Source of the DNA: a bacterium
GTDB taxonomy: Bacteria > Acidobacteriota > Aminicenantia > Aminicenantales > Aminicenantaceae
Direction of reading: 5' to 3'
Length of the DNA stretch: 64,000 nt
Assembly: GCA_018335295.1 (NCBI GenBank)
Contig: JAGXKI010000008.1
Location: forward strand, 635 to 64,634
Part shown: positions 9,957 through 20,591 of the stretch, one piece after another
How positions within the stretch are numbered: position 1 is the stretch's first letter
How the letters are laid out: each line of letters opens with the position of its first letter
Position numbers and translations under genes: made by a program
The notes under the pieces: model-generated
Databases searched by the model: none
The model's input: only the letters and a program-made list of their open reading frames with translations
Told to the model about the DNA's origin: nothing

Positions 9957-11135
9957 CTAGGTTTTTCTGTTGAGAGTGCTTTTGGCCCAGATTTTCCCTG
10001 AAGACATCATGATTTTTCCCATGGCCAAACAATCAGAGAGCTGATAGTCTTTATTCAAAAGAATGAGATCGGCGTCTTTTCCCTCTTTGATTTCCCCCTT
10101 TTGAGGTAATTGATAGAATTGAGAGGGGTTTGTAGAAAAAAGGCGGATGGTGTCTTCCAGGGCGAGAGTATTGGTTTGGAGAAGAAACCTGAAGTTTTCA
10201 AGAAGGCTTTTTTGAGTTCCTACAGTTAATCCCACCAGTTGGCCTTTCTCATCGAAAACAGGAAGGCTTCCATTGCTGTCTGAACTTATGGTGATTTGTG
10301 AGAGCGCTGCCTTTTTTTCCTGACAGAGTTGTAGGCACTTCGGAAGAGTTAATTCGGAGCCATGGGGAGATTGAGGGTGTGGAGGAGCGGTGATATCGAT
10401 AGTGCCTCCTTGGTGGATAAACTTCACTGCTTCTTCAAAGAGTTCTGAGTTGCGGTTGGTATGCGTGGGGATAACTTGAGTAGGAGGGATTTCAGTTTCT
10501 TTAATCAGTCGGAAAAGCATATCCAGCTTCCGGGGCCCACTCCCAATATGACAGTGTAAGATACCGGGCTTTCCCCCTAAAAGCCCTCCCACACGGCATT
10601 GAGAAGCAAGACGGGCAAATTCCTCGAAGGTGGGTTGAGAGGATCGGTGATCCGAAACCGCAATCTCTCCAGCTCCCAGAACCTTATCTATAAGAGTGAG
10701 GTCCGTGCACACATCTTTGGTGATGGTGATCACCGGAAATTGATAGGAGCCGGTGAAAACATAGGTGGAGACACCTTCTTCTTGGAGACCTCTGGCCTTT
10801 GCCAGGAGAGATTCCATATGACGAGTGGTTCCATCCGTTCCTAAACAGCCGATGACTGAAGTCACACCGCTGGAGATGATATCTTGGATAGTGATTTCAG
10901 GTGCTCTTGTGGCTGGGCCTCCTTCACCTCCTCCTCCGAGAATATGAACATGAGTGTCGATGATCCCCGGGATAACAATCTTTTCTGAGGCATCGATTTC
11001 CTTCAAGGAAGCTCCTTTGATTTGGATTTCTCCAGGGGAGCGTATAGCTTGGATTTGACTTCCGGCAATGAGAATATCTTTTCGACCCAAAGAGTGAGGG
11101 GCAAAAACATGTCCTTTTTTGAGCAGAGTGAACAT
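9957..11135 (-). CDS. iadA: Isoaspartyl dipeptidase / beta-aspartyl peptidase (amidohydrolase); likely start is ATG at 11135 with GGGAGG RBS, not the longer ORF reaching 11318
   Basis: GIIDTHVHILGGGGEGGPATR metal-binding motif. Confidence 0.75.
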   Translation of the reverse strand: MFTLLKKGHVFAPHSLGRKDILIAGSQIQAIRSPGEIQIKGASLKEIDASEKIVIPGIIDTHVHILGGGGEGGPATRAPEITIQDIISSGVTSVIGCLGTDGTTRHMESLLAKARGLQEEGVSTYVFTGSYQFPVITITKDVCTDLTLIDKVLGAGEIAVSDHRSSQPTFEEFARLASQCRVGGLLGGKPGILHCHIGSGPRKLDMLFRLIKETEIPPTQVIPTHTNRNSELFEEAVKFIHQGGTIDITAPPHPQSPHGSELTLPKCLQLCQEKKAALSQITISSDSNGSLPVFDEKGQLVGLTVGTQKSLLENFRFLLQTNTLALEDTIRLFSTNPSQFYQLPQKGEIKEGKDADLILLNKDYQLSDCLAMGKIMMSSGKIWAKSTLNRKT

Positions 11136-11449
11136 ATTGTCCTCCCTTACTTCATTTGACACAAAGGATAATTCGGACGGTAAATTATCATGGAATGTTA
11201 AGGGATTCAAGAAATTTATAATGAAAAGGGTTCTGGAGTTATGGGTTCGGAACCACGCCGAATTTTCCCAGCGAGAAAATCCGGCTCGATTCCAGCCTTC
11301 GTTCTCTTTTCGTTTCACTCAAAGAACCCTGCCCACTCAGGCTTCCATACGGGTTCTTCCCCATCACTCCCTCACCAGGAAAAAACGGATGATGTTTAAA
11401 AGGCTAAGGTCAAATGAATTCAAAAGTCAAAAATCAAAATTCAAAAAGA

Positions 11450-13387
11450 TTAAGGAGATTTTTCACTTCCGTACCGAGACAGAACATTATCAATTACCTG
11501 CTGGAGACGATCGTATTTGATTTTAACTTTTTTCTTTTCCCTCAGTTGATTTATATAGGATTGAAAAAATCTATTTCTTTTTTCTTCAAGAAGGTTTTTT
11601 CTGGCTTCTTTTTTATTTTTTTCGAATTCTTCTTTGGTCACTAGGCGACGATCCAAAGGTCGGACGATCACGTAGCCTCCTTCAAATTCCACAGGTCGGC
11701 TGGGCTTTTTTAATGGAAGAGAAAAAGCCAACTTGTCGATGGTTTTATTTTCCCCAACGATACTTAAATACTGCCCTCGTTTATGCTTATTCACAGTTTT
11801 ATATTCCAGATCATGTTGTTCTGTAAGCTCTTCGAGAGATTGTCCGTTTATTCTTTCCTTTAATTTTTTCATTATCTGCAAAGCTTTCGCCTTCTTGTTT
11901 ATTTTCTGGAAATCCTTTTTAACCTGATCTTGAACTTCTTGGAATTGAGCTTGTCTCGGAGGCTCTATGTGAAGGAGTTGAGCTAGACTCACTCCGTTGT
12001 GGGTATAAATAGGGGAAGTGATTTTATTTTTTTTGGTGTTGAAGAGTGCTTTGCTTATGGAACCCGAAGGGTCGATGTTTTGAATGGATTCTCCCTTTTT
12101 TATAAGACCCGTCTTTTGAACTTTGTATCCAAGCTGTTGAGCAGCTGCTTCCAAGCTCTTTTCTTTTTTAGCCCTTTTTTGGAGTTGAGAAATTTTCTTT
12201 TCAGCCACCTTTCTGGATTTTTGATCTTTAAGGATTCTGGAAATCCTTTCTTTCACTTCTTCAAGGGGTTTCACCCGGGAAGGATTCACTTGAGTGACTT
12301 TCAAGATGGCCGCTCCTTTTTCCAGCTCCACCACTCCAGAAACTTCTTCTTCGGATAGATTTTGGATAGTTTTCTGTTCTTGAGAAGATAATTTTTTCCA
12401 TTCATAAAAGCCCCAATCTCCCTTTGTTTGGGCCTTTTCACCTTCGGAGTATTTTTGAGCTAACTTTCCAAAATCTTCGCCCTGTGTGGTTCGATCCAAA
12501 ATGTTTTGGGCTTGTTCCCGAATTTTTTCCTTATTTTTTTCTCCATAAGGAAGATAAATTCGGCTGACTTTCACTTTTTGGGGTTCTTTAAAGCGGGATT
12601 TGTTTTCTTTATAATAATCTTCAATTTTGGATTCTTCCACCTTTATTTCTTTTTTCAATTCTTCGGTGTCGAGAAAAACAAAGACTCCCTTTCTTTTTTC
12701 GGGGATTTGATAATCCTGTTTATTTTTTTCGAAATAGGCTTTGAGTTCTTTTTTGGAGGGGGATTCTTCTATCTGGACCTTATCTGTTTCCAAAACAGCA
12801 AACTCGATCTGGGCGGTCTCGTTATTGTGTTTATAATTTTTCCATAGTTCTTGTTGAGTGACCGTAATGCCGGAAGTCAGAACGTCCATGGCTTTGTTTA
12901 TAACGATTTCTTTTTTGAGACTTTCTTCAAATTCAGATACGGAGATTCGGTTCCATTCCAGAACCTTTTTGTACCGCTCAAAACCCACAAATTTTCCATC
13001 TTTTTGAAAAACAGGATAACTCATGATTTTTTCTCGAATTTCCTCTTCAGTAGCCTGGATATTCATTTTTTGAGCTGTTTGGTAAAGAAGGGTTTGCTGG
13101 ATCATCTGCTGCAGGATCTGTTGGGGGATGTTCAACTGTTGGATGAATTTTTGATTTAATTCATCCATTTCTTTTTGCATCATCTCCAGTCTTTGTCTCA
13201 AATTCTGAAGATAGGCATTAACAGTGATTTTCTCTTTTCCTACTTTAGCCAGCGTGTTGGCCCCTCCAGATTTGCCCAGCCGACCGGCACCTCCCCATAC
13301 CGCGAATATGGAAATGATGAAGGCCACTAGGACAAACCAAAGAACCGGGGACAGGGACTTTAGGTTCTTTCTCATTGATTTAAGCAT
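11450..13387 (-). CDS. Periplasmic chaperone PpiD/SurA-like peptidyl-prolyl isomerase (N-terminal TM anchor)
   Basis: N-terminal TM, SurA_N-like region, parvulin-like segment, 645 aa. Confidence 0.6.
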   Translation of the reverse strand: MLKSMRKNLKSLSPVLWFVLVAFIISIFAVWGGAGRLGKSGGANTLAKVGKEKITVNAYLQNLRQRLEMMQKEMDELNQKFIQQLNIPQQILQQMIQQTLLYQTAQKMNIQATEEEIREKIMSYPVFQKDGKFVGFERYKKVLEWNRISVSEFEESLKKEIVINKAMDVLTSGITVTQQELWKNYKHNNETAQIEFAVLETDKVQIEESPSKKELKAYFEKNKQDYQIPEKRKGVFVFLDTEELKKEIKVEESKIEDYYKENKSRFKEPQKVKVSRIYLPYGEKNKEKIREQAQNILDRTTQGEDFGKLAQKYSEGEKAQTKGDWGFYEWKKLSSQEQKTIQNLSEEEVSGVVELEKGAAILKVTQVNPSRVKPLEEVKERISRILKDQKSRKVAEKKISQLQKRAKKEKSLEAAAQQLGYKVQKTGLIKKGESIQNIDPSGSISKALFNTKKNKITSPIYTHNGVSLAQLLHIEPPRQAQFQEVQDQVKKDFQKINKKAKALQIMKKLKERINGQSLEELTEQHDLEYKTVNKHKRGQYLSIVGENKTIDKLAFSLPLKKPSRPVEFEGGYVIVRPLDRRLVTKEEFEKNKKEARKNLLEEKRNRFFQSYINQLREKKKVKIKYDRLQQVIDNVLSRYGSEKSP

Positions 13388-13535
13388 CTTTATCCTCTAT
13401 TCATTAATATTTATTTTCCTCGAATTGTTTGAAAAGAATTCATCCCTTTTAATTGTACACGATTTGGGGTTTTCTATAAATAGGTTAAAAGGTTGATTTC
13501 TGAAACGAAGGTGTGGTTCTGTGATTCAGGATTCA

Positions 13536-14681
13536 TCAGTATTCTTCCTGCAGACAACGAGATATGACCAAACGTTGGATTTCAGAGGTCCCCTCATAAA
13601 TAGACAGTACACGAACATCTCTATACAACTGTTCGATCAAATATTCTTTGGAATAGCCGTAGCCTCCATGGATCTGTAAAGCCTTGTCCACAATTTTATG
13701 GGCCGCTTCGGAAGCATACAATTTGGCCATAGCTGCTTGTTTGGTGAACGTTTTCTTTTTATCATAAAGGTTGGCGGCCCGATAAGTGAGAAACCGAGCC
13801 GACTCAAGAAGAGTGGCTATATCCGCTAACATAAACTGGATGGCTTGGATTTGAGATAGTTTTTTTCCAAAGGCTTCTCTTTGTTTTGCGTAAGAAATGG
13901 CTTCTTCAAAAGCTTTCTGAGAGATTCCCAGAGATTGCGCTGCGATCCCGATTCGAGAGCCGTCCAAACAATGCAAAGCGATGGAAGCCCCCTTTCCCTC
14001 TTCGCCTAAAAGATTTTCTTCAGGAACTTCGCAATCTTCCAGGACGATTTCTGAGGTTCCTGAAGAGTGGAGCCCCATTTTTTCTTCCACTTTGGATACT
14101 TTCAGTCCAGGAAAGTTTTTTTCCACGATAAAGGCATTCAACTTTTTTTCTCTGGCCTCAGAACCAGCTTTGGTGAAAATAATAAAGGCATCGGCATCGC
14201 TTCCCGAAGTCACCCATGCCTTAGTCCCGTTTAATACCCAGGTCCGGCCTTTTTTCACAGCTCTCGTTTTAAGATTGGTAGCATCTGAGCCCGCCCCTGA
14301 TTCAGTCAAGCTGAAGGCTCCGATAATTTCTCCCTTAGCCGAAGGAGGCAGATATTTCTTTTTTTGAGAAGATGTACCGAATTTATTGATGGAATAACAA
14401 AAAAGGGAGGAATGAACACTGAAAATAACAGCCAAAGAAGGAAAGATTTTACTGATTTCTTCGATAGCCAAGACCAGGGAAAGATAGTCGGTTTGACATC
14501 CCTCATATTGGGTGGATACCGTCATGCCCAGCAGCCCCAGCTCTCCCAGTTTGTTTAAAAGTTCACGAGGAAATTTATGTTCGTCTTCCAGCGATTTCGC
14601 TCGAGGAACTACTTCTTTCTGGACAAATTCACTGACCATTTCTTGGAGCAATTTTTGATTTTCTGAAAGCTCAAAATTCAT
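13536..14681 (-). CDS. Acyl-CoA dehydrogenase (short/medium chain type)
   Basis: ACAD N/M/C domain pattern, 381 aa, GGYGYSKEY C-terminal motif region. Confidence 0.85.
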   Translation of the reverse strand: MNFELSENQKLLQEMVSEFVQKEVVPRAKSLEDEHKFPRELLNKLGELGLLGMTVSTQYEGCQTDYLSLVLAIEEISKIFPSLAVIFSVHSSLFCYSINKFGTSSQKKKYLPPSAKGEIIGAFSLTESGAGSDATNLKTRAVKKGRTWVLNGTKAWVTSGSDADAFIIFTKAGSEAREKKLNAFIVEKNFPGLKVSKVEEKMGLHSSGTSEIVLEDCEVPEENLLGEEGKGASIALHCLDGSRIGIAAQSLGISQKAFEEAISYAKQREAFGKKLSQIQAIQFMLADIATLLESARFLTYRAANLYDKKKTFTKQAAMAKLYASEAAHKIVDKALQIHGGYGYSKEYLIEQLYRDVRVLSIYEGTSEIQRLVISRCLQEEY

Positions 14682-14728
14682 TGATGAATCCTTTTACGGC
14701 TAAAATTGTTTCTCCCAGGAGAAAACTT

Positions 14729-15208
14729 TTATGTAAAGAGAGGTCGAAGACGCTTATAGGTGGTTTGAAGGTCTTCAATGAGAACTTTGGTTTTTCCCAC
14801 GATGGGCATAAAGTTGGAATCTCCAGCCCAACGGGGGATGATATGGAGGTGATAGTGATCGGTGACTCCAGCGCCGGCACTTTTTCCCAGGTTCATTCCT
14901 GTGTTGAACCCTTGGGGGTTGTAGTTTTTTCTTAGTTTTTCCAGACACATTTTCAGTAGATCAGTGAGTTCATGAGTGGATTCGTTTCCAGCCTGTTCGG
15001 GAGAATGGAGATGTTTGTAAGGGGCAATCATCAGATGTCCAGGATTGTAAGGGTATTTATTGAGCATGATAAAATTATGTGTACCTCTGTAAATGATAAA
15101 TCCTTTTTCATCGTCATTGAGTTTCAGAGCCCGACAAAAAATACATCCTTTCATTTTAAACACATTTTTGACGTATTTTTCTCTCCAAGTGGCAGAGATG
15201 TAATCCAT
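14729..15208 (-). CDS. HIT-family nucleotide hydrolase/transferase (Ap4A phosphorylase or GalT-like)
   Basis: HYHLHIIPR histidine triad; CIFC near N-terminus. Confidence 0.6.
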   Translation of the reverse strand: MDYISATWREKYVKNVFKMKGCIFCRALKLNDDEKGFIIYRGTHNFIMLNKYPYNPGHLMIAPYKHLHSPEQAGNESTHELTDLLKMCLEKLRKNYNPQGFNTGMNLGKSAGAGVTDHYHLHIIPRWAGDSNFMPIVGKTKVLIEDLQTTYKRLRPLFT

Positions 15209-15483
15209 TATTGATTGATGAGATTTTTTAAAATCTTACTGGGCTTAAAATACAAGACCTTTTTGGGAGGAACGTTCACAGCTTCTCCTGTCCGAGGATT
15301 TCGGCCGACCCTACCTCCCCTCTCACGGAAGCGAAAACTTCCAAATCCTCTCAATTCGATTTCTTCTCCTTTTTGAAGGGCTTCTTTGATAGTGTCAAAA
15401 AATAAATTCACTCCGGTTTCTGCTTCTTGTCTGGAAATATTCATTTCCTTAGCAATTTTTTTGACTAAATCAGCCTTAATCAT
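15208..15483 (-). CDS. HU/IHF family DNA-binding protein
   Basis: GFGSFRFRERGGRVGRNPRTGE arm motif. Confidence 0.85.
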   Translation of the reverse strand: MIKADLVKKIAKEMNISRQEAETGVNLFFDTIKEALQKGEEIELRGFGSFRFRERGGRVGRNPRTGEAVNVPPKKVLYFKPSKILKNLINQ

Positions 15484-17239
15484 CCTTTTCCTCCTTTTTT
15501 TCTTCTTTTTCTTTAGTATTCTTTTTAGGGGGGTCGATGTGTTTAAGTTGGTCTTTCATGATATCTCCCAATTTTAAACTTCGATCCTGATTTTTTAGGT
15601 ATTTCTGGTATTCTTTTTTTTGAATTTCGATTTGAGCCTGTTTGAAGCTGAGAGAAATTTTTTTCTCTTTTTTATTTAATTTAATGATTTTTGCCGTTTT
15701 TACTTCCCCAACAGAAAAAGCTTCTTCGGGGTTCTCGATTTTTTTATCGGCTAATTCGGAGATAAAAACTACCCCTTCGATTCCGGGAATTATTTCCACA
15801 AAAGCTCCAAAATGAGTGAGGCGGACAATCTTAACGTCCACCAAATCTCCCACTTTATGTCTTTTGAAGAAATCTTCCCATATATCTCCCTGGAGTTGTT
15901 TGATCCCTAAAGATAATTTTTCATTTTCCACGTCAATATTAAGGATGACTGCTTCCGTTTCCTGGCCCACTTTCACAACTTCGGAAGGATGGCCAATCTT
16001 TTTCCAGCTGAGATCTGAAATATGAATGAGACCCTCGATATCTTTTTCTACTTCCAAGAAAGCTCCAAAGTTTGTGATGTTGGTTATTTTTCCTTTTACT
16101 ACCGAACCTGGGCTGTGTTTTTCCTTGAAAAGTTCTAAAGGATGGGGTTGGGCTTGTTTGAGCCCTAAAGAAATCCTTCGAGCTGGAGGATTGATGTTCA
16201 AAACCGAAACTGTCACTTTTTGTTCTGGAGAAAGAATTTTTTTGGGATGGACATTTTTCCGGGACCAGGATAGATCAGAAATGTGAGCGAGGCCTTCTAC
16301 ACCCTTTTCGAGTTCAATAAACGCCCCAAAATCAGTGAGACTGACTACTTTACCTTCAACATTTTCTCCTACCTGGTATTTTTGTTCTATGTTCTCCCAT
16401 GGGTCAGGGGTCAGTTGTTTATACCCCAGGGAAACCTTTTCTTCTTTTTCGTTGTAATCAAGGACCATAACTTCAACCTCTTCTCCCGCACGAAAGATTT
16501 CAGATGGATGATTTATTTTTCCCCATGACATATCCGATATATGGAGAAGTCCTTCTATACCCCCTAAATCGATGAAGGCTCCAAATTTGGTCAACGATTT
16601 GACCTTTCCTTTAATCTTTTTATTGGGGGCCAACTTGTCAAATACTTGCCTTTTTCTTTTTTCTTTTTCATCTTGAAGGTAAAGCTTGCGGGATAAAACA
16701 GCATTTTCGTTTTTTCGGTCAAATTTAATGACTTTAAATTTATACCGGTTTCCAATTAAACTTTCAGGGTTTTTCACGGGCTTTACATCGGCATGGGAGT
16801 CTGGGAGAAAGGTATTGATCCCTACATTCACAGTATAACCACTTTTGGACTTCTTGGTGATTTCCCCGATGATCCAATTATTTTGATGGTAAGCCTTTTC
16901 TAAATTATTGAGAGCCTTTTGGGCCACAGCTTTGCTTTTGGAAAGGATGAGATAGCCTTCTTCGTAGTCTCTTCTTTCCAGGACGGCTTCAATATCATCG
17001 CCCGGATTTATATTTTGGACATTTTGGTGATTTTTAAAATCTTCGTTGGGAATAAGACCCTCCGATTTATAGCCTATATCCACAAGAACATAATTTGAGG
17101 TCACCTTTACCACTTTGCCCTTGACGAGTTTTCCCGGAGTCAATTCTTTGAGATTGAATTGATATTGATCGATTAAATTTTCGAATTCTTTGGGATTGAT
17201 TTTTTCCTCTTTGTTGGAATCTTTATTTAACTCTGACAT
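15476..17239 (-). CDS. rpsA: 30S ribosomal protein S1 (multiple S1 domains, KE-rich C-terminal tail)
   Basis: Repeated GxVxGxVxxIxxFGAFVxL S1 domain signature. Confidence 0.9.
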   Translation of the reverse strand: MSELNKDSNKEEKINPKEFENLIDQYQFNLKELTPGKLVKGKVVKVTSNYVLVDIGYKSEGLIPNEDFKNHQNVQNINPGDDIEAVLERRDYEEGYLILSKSKAVAQKALNNLEKAYHQNNWIIGEITKKSKSGYTVNVGINTFLPDSHADVKPVKNPESLIGNRYKFKVIKFDRKNENAVLSRKLYLQDEKEKRKRQVFDKLAPNKKIKGKVKSLTKFGAFIDLGGIEGLLHISDMSWGKINHPSEIFRAGEEVEVMVLDYNEKEEKVSLGYKQLTPDPWENIEQKYQVGENVEGKVVSLTDFGAFIELEKGVEGLAHISDLSWSRKNVHPKKILSPEQKVTVSVLNINPPARRISLGLKQAQPHPLELFKEKHSPGSVVKGKITNITNFGAFLEVEKDIEGLIHISDLSWKKIGHPSEVVKVGQETEAVILNIDVENEKLSLGIKQLQGDIWEDFFKRHKVGDLVDVKIVRLTHFGAFVEIIPGIEGVVFISELADKKIENPEEAFSVGEVKTAKIIKLNKKEKKISLSFKQAQIEIQKKEYQKYLKNQDRSLKLGDIMKDQLKHIDPPKKNTKEKEEKKEEKDD

Positions 17240-18105
17240 TGGACAGACTTCTCCCTTTGGTGTTGGATTTGGAGGAAAGAGTTGATTTTTTCGACTGTTT
17301 CCTGGAGAGCTTCAGGAGGAGTCGAAGCACCACCTGAAATTCCGATGTTTTGAGCTCCCTTTAACATGGAAGGAACGATTTCCTCAGCTCTTTCAATGAA
17401 AAAAGTATTGGGCAAAACCTTTTTAGAAATTTTATACAATTTATTGGTGTTGGAACTGTTTTTTCCACCCACTATGAACAGAGTATCAACTCGCGAAGCC
17501 AGGTGGAGTGTGGATTTTTGATGGGTTAAGGTGGCTTTGCAGATAGTATTGTACACACTTAATTTCTTAGTTTTGTCTAGGAGAATGGAGACAATCTTTT
17601 TAAATAGATCCATATCCTGAGTGGATTGAGCCAGCACAGCTCTCTTTTTTTTATGAGGAAGAGTTTTAGCTTGGGTTGAGTTTTCCACAACATGGCCTTT
17701 CTGATGACTGTATCCGATAAGACCTTTGGTTTCAGGATGATTTTTGTTCCCCACGATGATGATTTCTTCTTCCGATTGGGATAAAGATTTCACCAGGCTT
17801 TGAATTTTTTTAACAATGGGACAGGTTGTATCAACCACCTCAAATTTTCTCTTTTTAAGTTGTTGGTAGAGATGAGGTGAAATTCCGTGACTTCGAGTGA
17901 TGATAACCCCGGATTTCAATCCTCTGAGATTTTCTACAGATCGAATCCCTTGTTTTTTTAATTCCTCAATGACTTGAGGATTATGGACCAGATTTCCTAG
18001 TGTATAGACGGGTCCTTTTTTCTTCTTCCGAGTGCTCTTTGCTATGTTGAGAGCCCTTTGGACTCCGTAACAAAGACCTGCATCTTTAGCTATTGATATA
18101 TTCAT
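17227..18105 (-). CDS. ispH: 4-hydroxy-3-methylbut-2-enyl diphosphate reductase IspH/LytB
   Basis: GLCYGVQRAL, TTCPIVKK, HNPQV motifs; ispH-rpsA adjacency. Confidence 0.9.
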   Translation of the reverse strand: MNISIAKDAGLCYGVQRALNIAKSTRKKKKGPVYTLGNLVHNPQVIEELKKQGIRSVENLRGLKSGVIITRSHGISPHLYQQLKKRKFEVVDTTCPIVKKIQSLVKSLSQSEEEIIIVGNKNHPETKGLIGYSHQKGHVVENSTQAKTLPHKKKRAVLAQSTQDMDLFKKIVSILLDKTKKLSVYNTICKATLTHQKSTLHLASRVDTLFIVGGKNSSNTNKLYKISKKVLPNTFFIERAEEIVPSMLKGAQNIGISGGASTPPEALQETVEKINSFLQIQHQREKSVQCQS

Positions 18106-18244
18106 TTGAATGAATGATGACTTATACTATCTCAGTTAAACCAGCTTTGTCAATCCTAAATGCAGGTAAAATCTTCATTTACCTTTATTTTAGGAAAAAA
18201 TAAAAAAGTCTCTTCGATTTTTCAGGAAGATTTCACGATTGGCT

Positions 18245-18256
18245 CTTCACGTGAAG
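18245..18256. promoter_or_regulatory. Perfect 12-bp palindrome CTTCACGTGAAG in ispH upstream / scpB downstream region
   Basis: Read directly. Confidence 0.3.
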
Positions 18257-18298
18257 GAGTGCTTTTTAGAAATTTAAAACTTGTCGAAGAAAGATTGG

Positions 18299-18844
18299 TC
18301 ATTTTTCGTTTTTTCCCTCTTCGATGATTTGATTGAGCTCTTCTGAAGAAGGGAGATCTTTGATACTGTTGAGACCAAAATAAACTAAGAATTTATCCGT
18401 GGTCCTATAAATAAGAGGCTTTCCAGGGGCTTTTTTTCTTCCCACAATTTTCACCATTTTTTTCTTGAGTAAAGTTTTGATAGAGTGAGCCGAGTCTGTT
18501 CCTCTCAGAGCAGAAATTTCCGATAGGGTAGTGGGTTGGTGATAAGCCACAACCGAAAGAGTTTCCAGGGCGGCTGGAGAGAGCTTGTTCTTCTTTTCTT
18601 CCTGCATCAGCCGCCTTATCCACGGGTCCAACTGTGGTTTTGTGGAGAAAAGATACCCTCCTCCCACCTGGATGATTTGAATTCCTTTCTGGGAAGTTTT
18701 ATAATTTTTTCGGAGGTCTTGAATAGCCTTTTTGATTTGTTCTTCAGAAAATTCACTCAATGTATTCTTGATTTTTTCGAAGGAAAGAGGTTCCACCGAT
18801 ATAAATATCAAGGACTCGATGATATTTTTCAACTGTTCATTCAT
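18299..18844 (-). CDS. scpB: Segregation and condensation protein B
   Basis: LIFISVEPLS N-terminus, winged-helix pattern. Confidence 0.85.
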   Translation of the reverse strand: MNEQLKNIIESLIFISVEPLSFEKIKNTLSEFSEEQIKKAIQDLRKNYKTSQKGIQIIQVGGGYLFSTKPQLDPWIRRLMQEEKKNKLSPAALETLSVVAYHQPTTLSEISALRGTDSAHSIKTLLKKKMVKIVGRKKAPGKPLIYRTTDKFLVYFGLNSIKDLPSSEELNQIIEEGKNEK

Positions 18845-19550
18845 TACAAAACCAAACTTTGATGGGATGAAAAGGCTTTTCTTGAACAGCCATAACGGTT
18901 TTCGTTTTGATAAACTCTAACAGACAAAAGAAAGAAATGAGAGCTTCCTCGATGGTTTCCTGTTGGTTGAAATAATCGAAGAAGTCCAGATAAGAGTGTT
19001 TTTGGAAATAATTCCTCATTTCTTTCATCTTTTCTTCCAGAGAAACTTCTTTACTCGGAAGGATCTGGATATTCTCTTGTTCCTTTCTTTTCATTAAGCT
19101 GAAGAAGGCTTCGGCGAGGTCAAAAAGAGATACCTCCATGAATTCCTCTTCCTCCCTCCACTTGGAAGAAGGAAGAGAAGCCCTTTGCCACTTGAGCTTT
19201 TGATTCTCCTCTTTTTCCTTAAGAACAGAACAGGCTGCTTTGATTTTTTGGTATTCCTGAAGCCGGTTGACCAGAGTCCGTCGTGGGTCTTCTTCATTCG
19301 TTATTTCTTCCCGGGGCAGGAGCATCTGAGATTTTATATAGATGAGAAGTGTGGCCATGAACAGAAATTCTCCCTCTCGTTCCAGATTGATAGAATTCTT
19401 TTGTTCCAGGTACTGCAGGTATTCTCTGGTGATGGAAGCAATGGGAATATCTTGGATATCGATTTTCTTTTTTTTTATGAGAAAAAGAAGAAGGTCGAGA
19501 GGGCCTTGAAAAACCTCTAAATTCACCTTGTAATCGTGTCGGTTGGACAT
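18837..19550 (-). CDS. scpA: Segregation and condensation protein A
   Basis: FQGPLDLLLFLIKKKKIDI motif. Confidence 0.85.
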   Translation of the reverse strand: MSNRHDYKVNLEVFQGPLDLLLFLIKKKKIDIQDIPIASITREYLQYLEQKNSINLEREGEFLFMATLLIYIKSQMLLPREEITNEEDPRRTLVNRLQEYQKIKAACSVLKEKEENQKLKWQRASLPSSKWREEEEFMEVSLFDLAEAFFSLMKRKEQENIQILPSKEVSLEEKMKEMRNYFQKHSYLDFFDYFNQQETIEEALISFFCLLEFIKTKTVMAVQEKPFHPIKVWFCNE

Positions 19551-19562
19551 TTTAAGAGCAGT

Positions 19563-20579
19563 TCAGCTTTTCATAGCAAAACCAATGGCTGACCTGACTT
19601 CTTCCATGGTCTTTCGAGCTGTGGTTCGAGCCTTTTGATTGCCTTTGTCTAAAATTTTCCAGACTTGAGATTGGTCTTGTTCCAGTTGTCTCCTTGTTTT
19701 CCAGAAAGGAGTGAGGATGTGAATCAGAGTATCGATCACCACTTTCTTGCATTCCAGACAGCCGATTTGAGCTGTTCGACAGGACCGAGCCAAGGAGTCT
19801 CTTTTTTCCCGAGGTACGAACGCTTTATGAAGAGTAAAAACGGGACATTCTTCAGGAACTCCGGGATCAGATTTCCGCTTCCGTCGGATATCTGTTTTCA
19901 TAGTAGAAATTTTTTTCCTGATTACGTCCGGAGGGTCTTTTAAGTAAATCGCATTCCCGTAAGATTTGCTCATCTTCCGGCCGTCTGTTCCCGCTAATTT
20001 GGGGACTTCAGTCAGAAGAGTTTGGGGTTCTGGAAAGACTTCACCGAAAAGACGGTTGAACCGCCGGGTTATTTCTCGAGCTAATTCGAGATGATAAGAT
20101 TGATCTTCACCCACGGGTACCACTTGAGCTTTATAAATCAGAATGTCAGCAGTTTGAAGCACGGGGTATCCCAGGAAGCCATAAGTATTCAATTCTTTAT
20201 CGGGGAGTTCTCTCTGCATCTCTTTAAAAGTGGGAACCCTTTGCAGCCAGGGAAGAGGGATGATCATGGAAAGGAGAAGATGGAGTTCAGCGTGTTCTTT
20301 CACCTGGGATTGGAGGAAAAGGACGCTTTTTTCAGGATCCAACCCGATACTCAACCAATCGGCGGCCACTTCAAAAGTGTATTCCCGAATATGGCTGAAC
20401 TGCTGGTAATCGGAACTGAAGGCATGCCAGTTGACAATGGAATAAAAGCAATGATATTTTTTTTGAAGATCAAGCCAATTCCGGAGAGCCCCAGCCAGAT
20501 GACCGAGATGGAGAGGTCCCGTGGGCCTCATCCCGCTGAGAACGACTTTTTTACTTTTTTGATTCATTTTCTTTTCCAT
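19563..20579 (-). CDS. trpS: Tryptophan--tRNA ligase
   Basis: GMRPTGPLHLGHL (HIGH) and KMSKS motifs. Confidence 0.9.
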   Translation of the reverse strand: MEKKMNQKSKKVVLSGMRPTGPLHLGHLAGALRNWLDLQKKYHCFYSIVNWHAFSSDYQQFSHIREYTFEVAADWLSIGLDPEKSVLFLQSQVKEHAELHLLLSMIIPLPWLQRVPTFKEMQRELPDKELNTYGFLGYPVLQTADILIYKAQVVPVGEDQSYHLELAREITRRFNRLFGEVFPEPQTLLTEVPKLAGTDGRKMSKSYGNAIYLKDPPDVIRKKISTMKTDIRRKRKSDPGVPEECPVFTLHKAFVPREKRDSLARSCRTAQIGCLECKKVVIDTLIHILTPFWKTRRQLEQDQSQVWKILDKGNQKARTTARKTMEEVRSAIGFAMKS

Positions 20580-20591
20580 GATTTTTGAGCT

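Noticed and set aside
9957-11318. Full-length 453-aa version of the IadA ORF
   Set aside because: The first 61 residues have no counterpart in isoaspartyl dipeptidases and lack an RBS. The internal ATG at 11135 has a GGGAGG Shine-Dalgarno and yields the canonical N-terminus.
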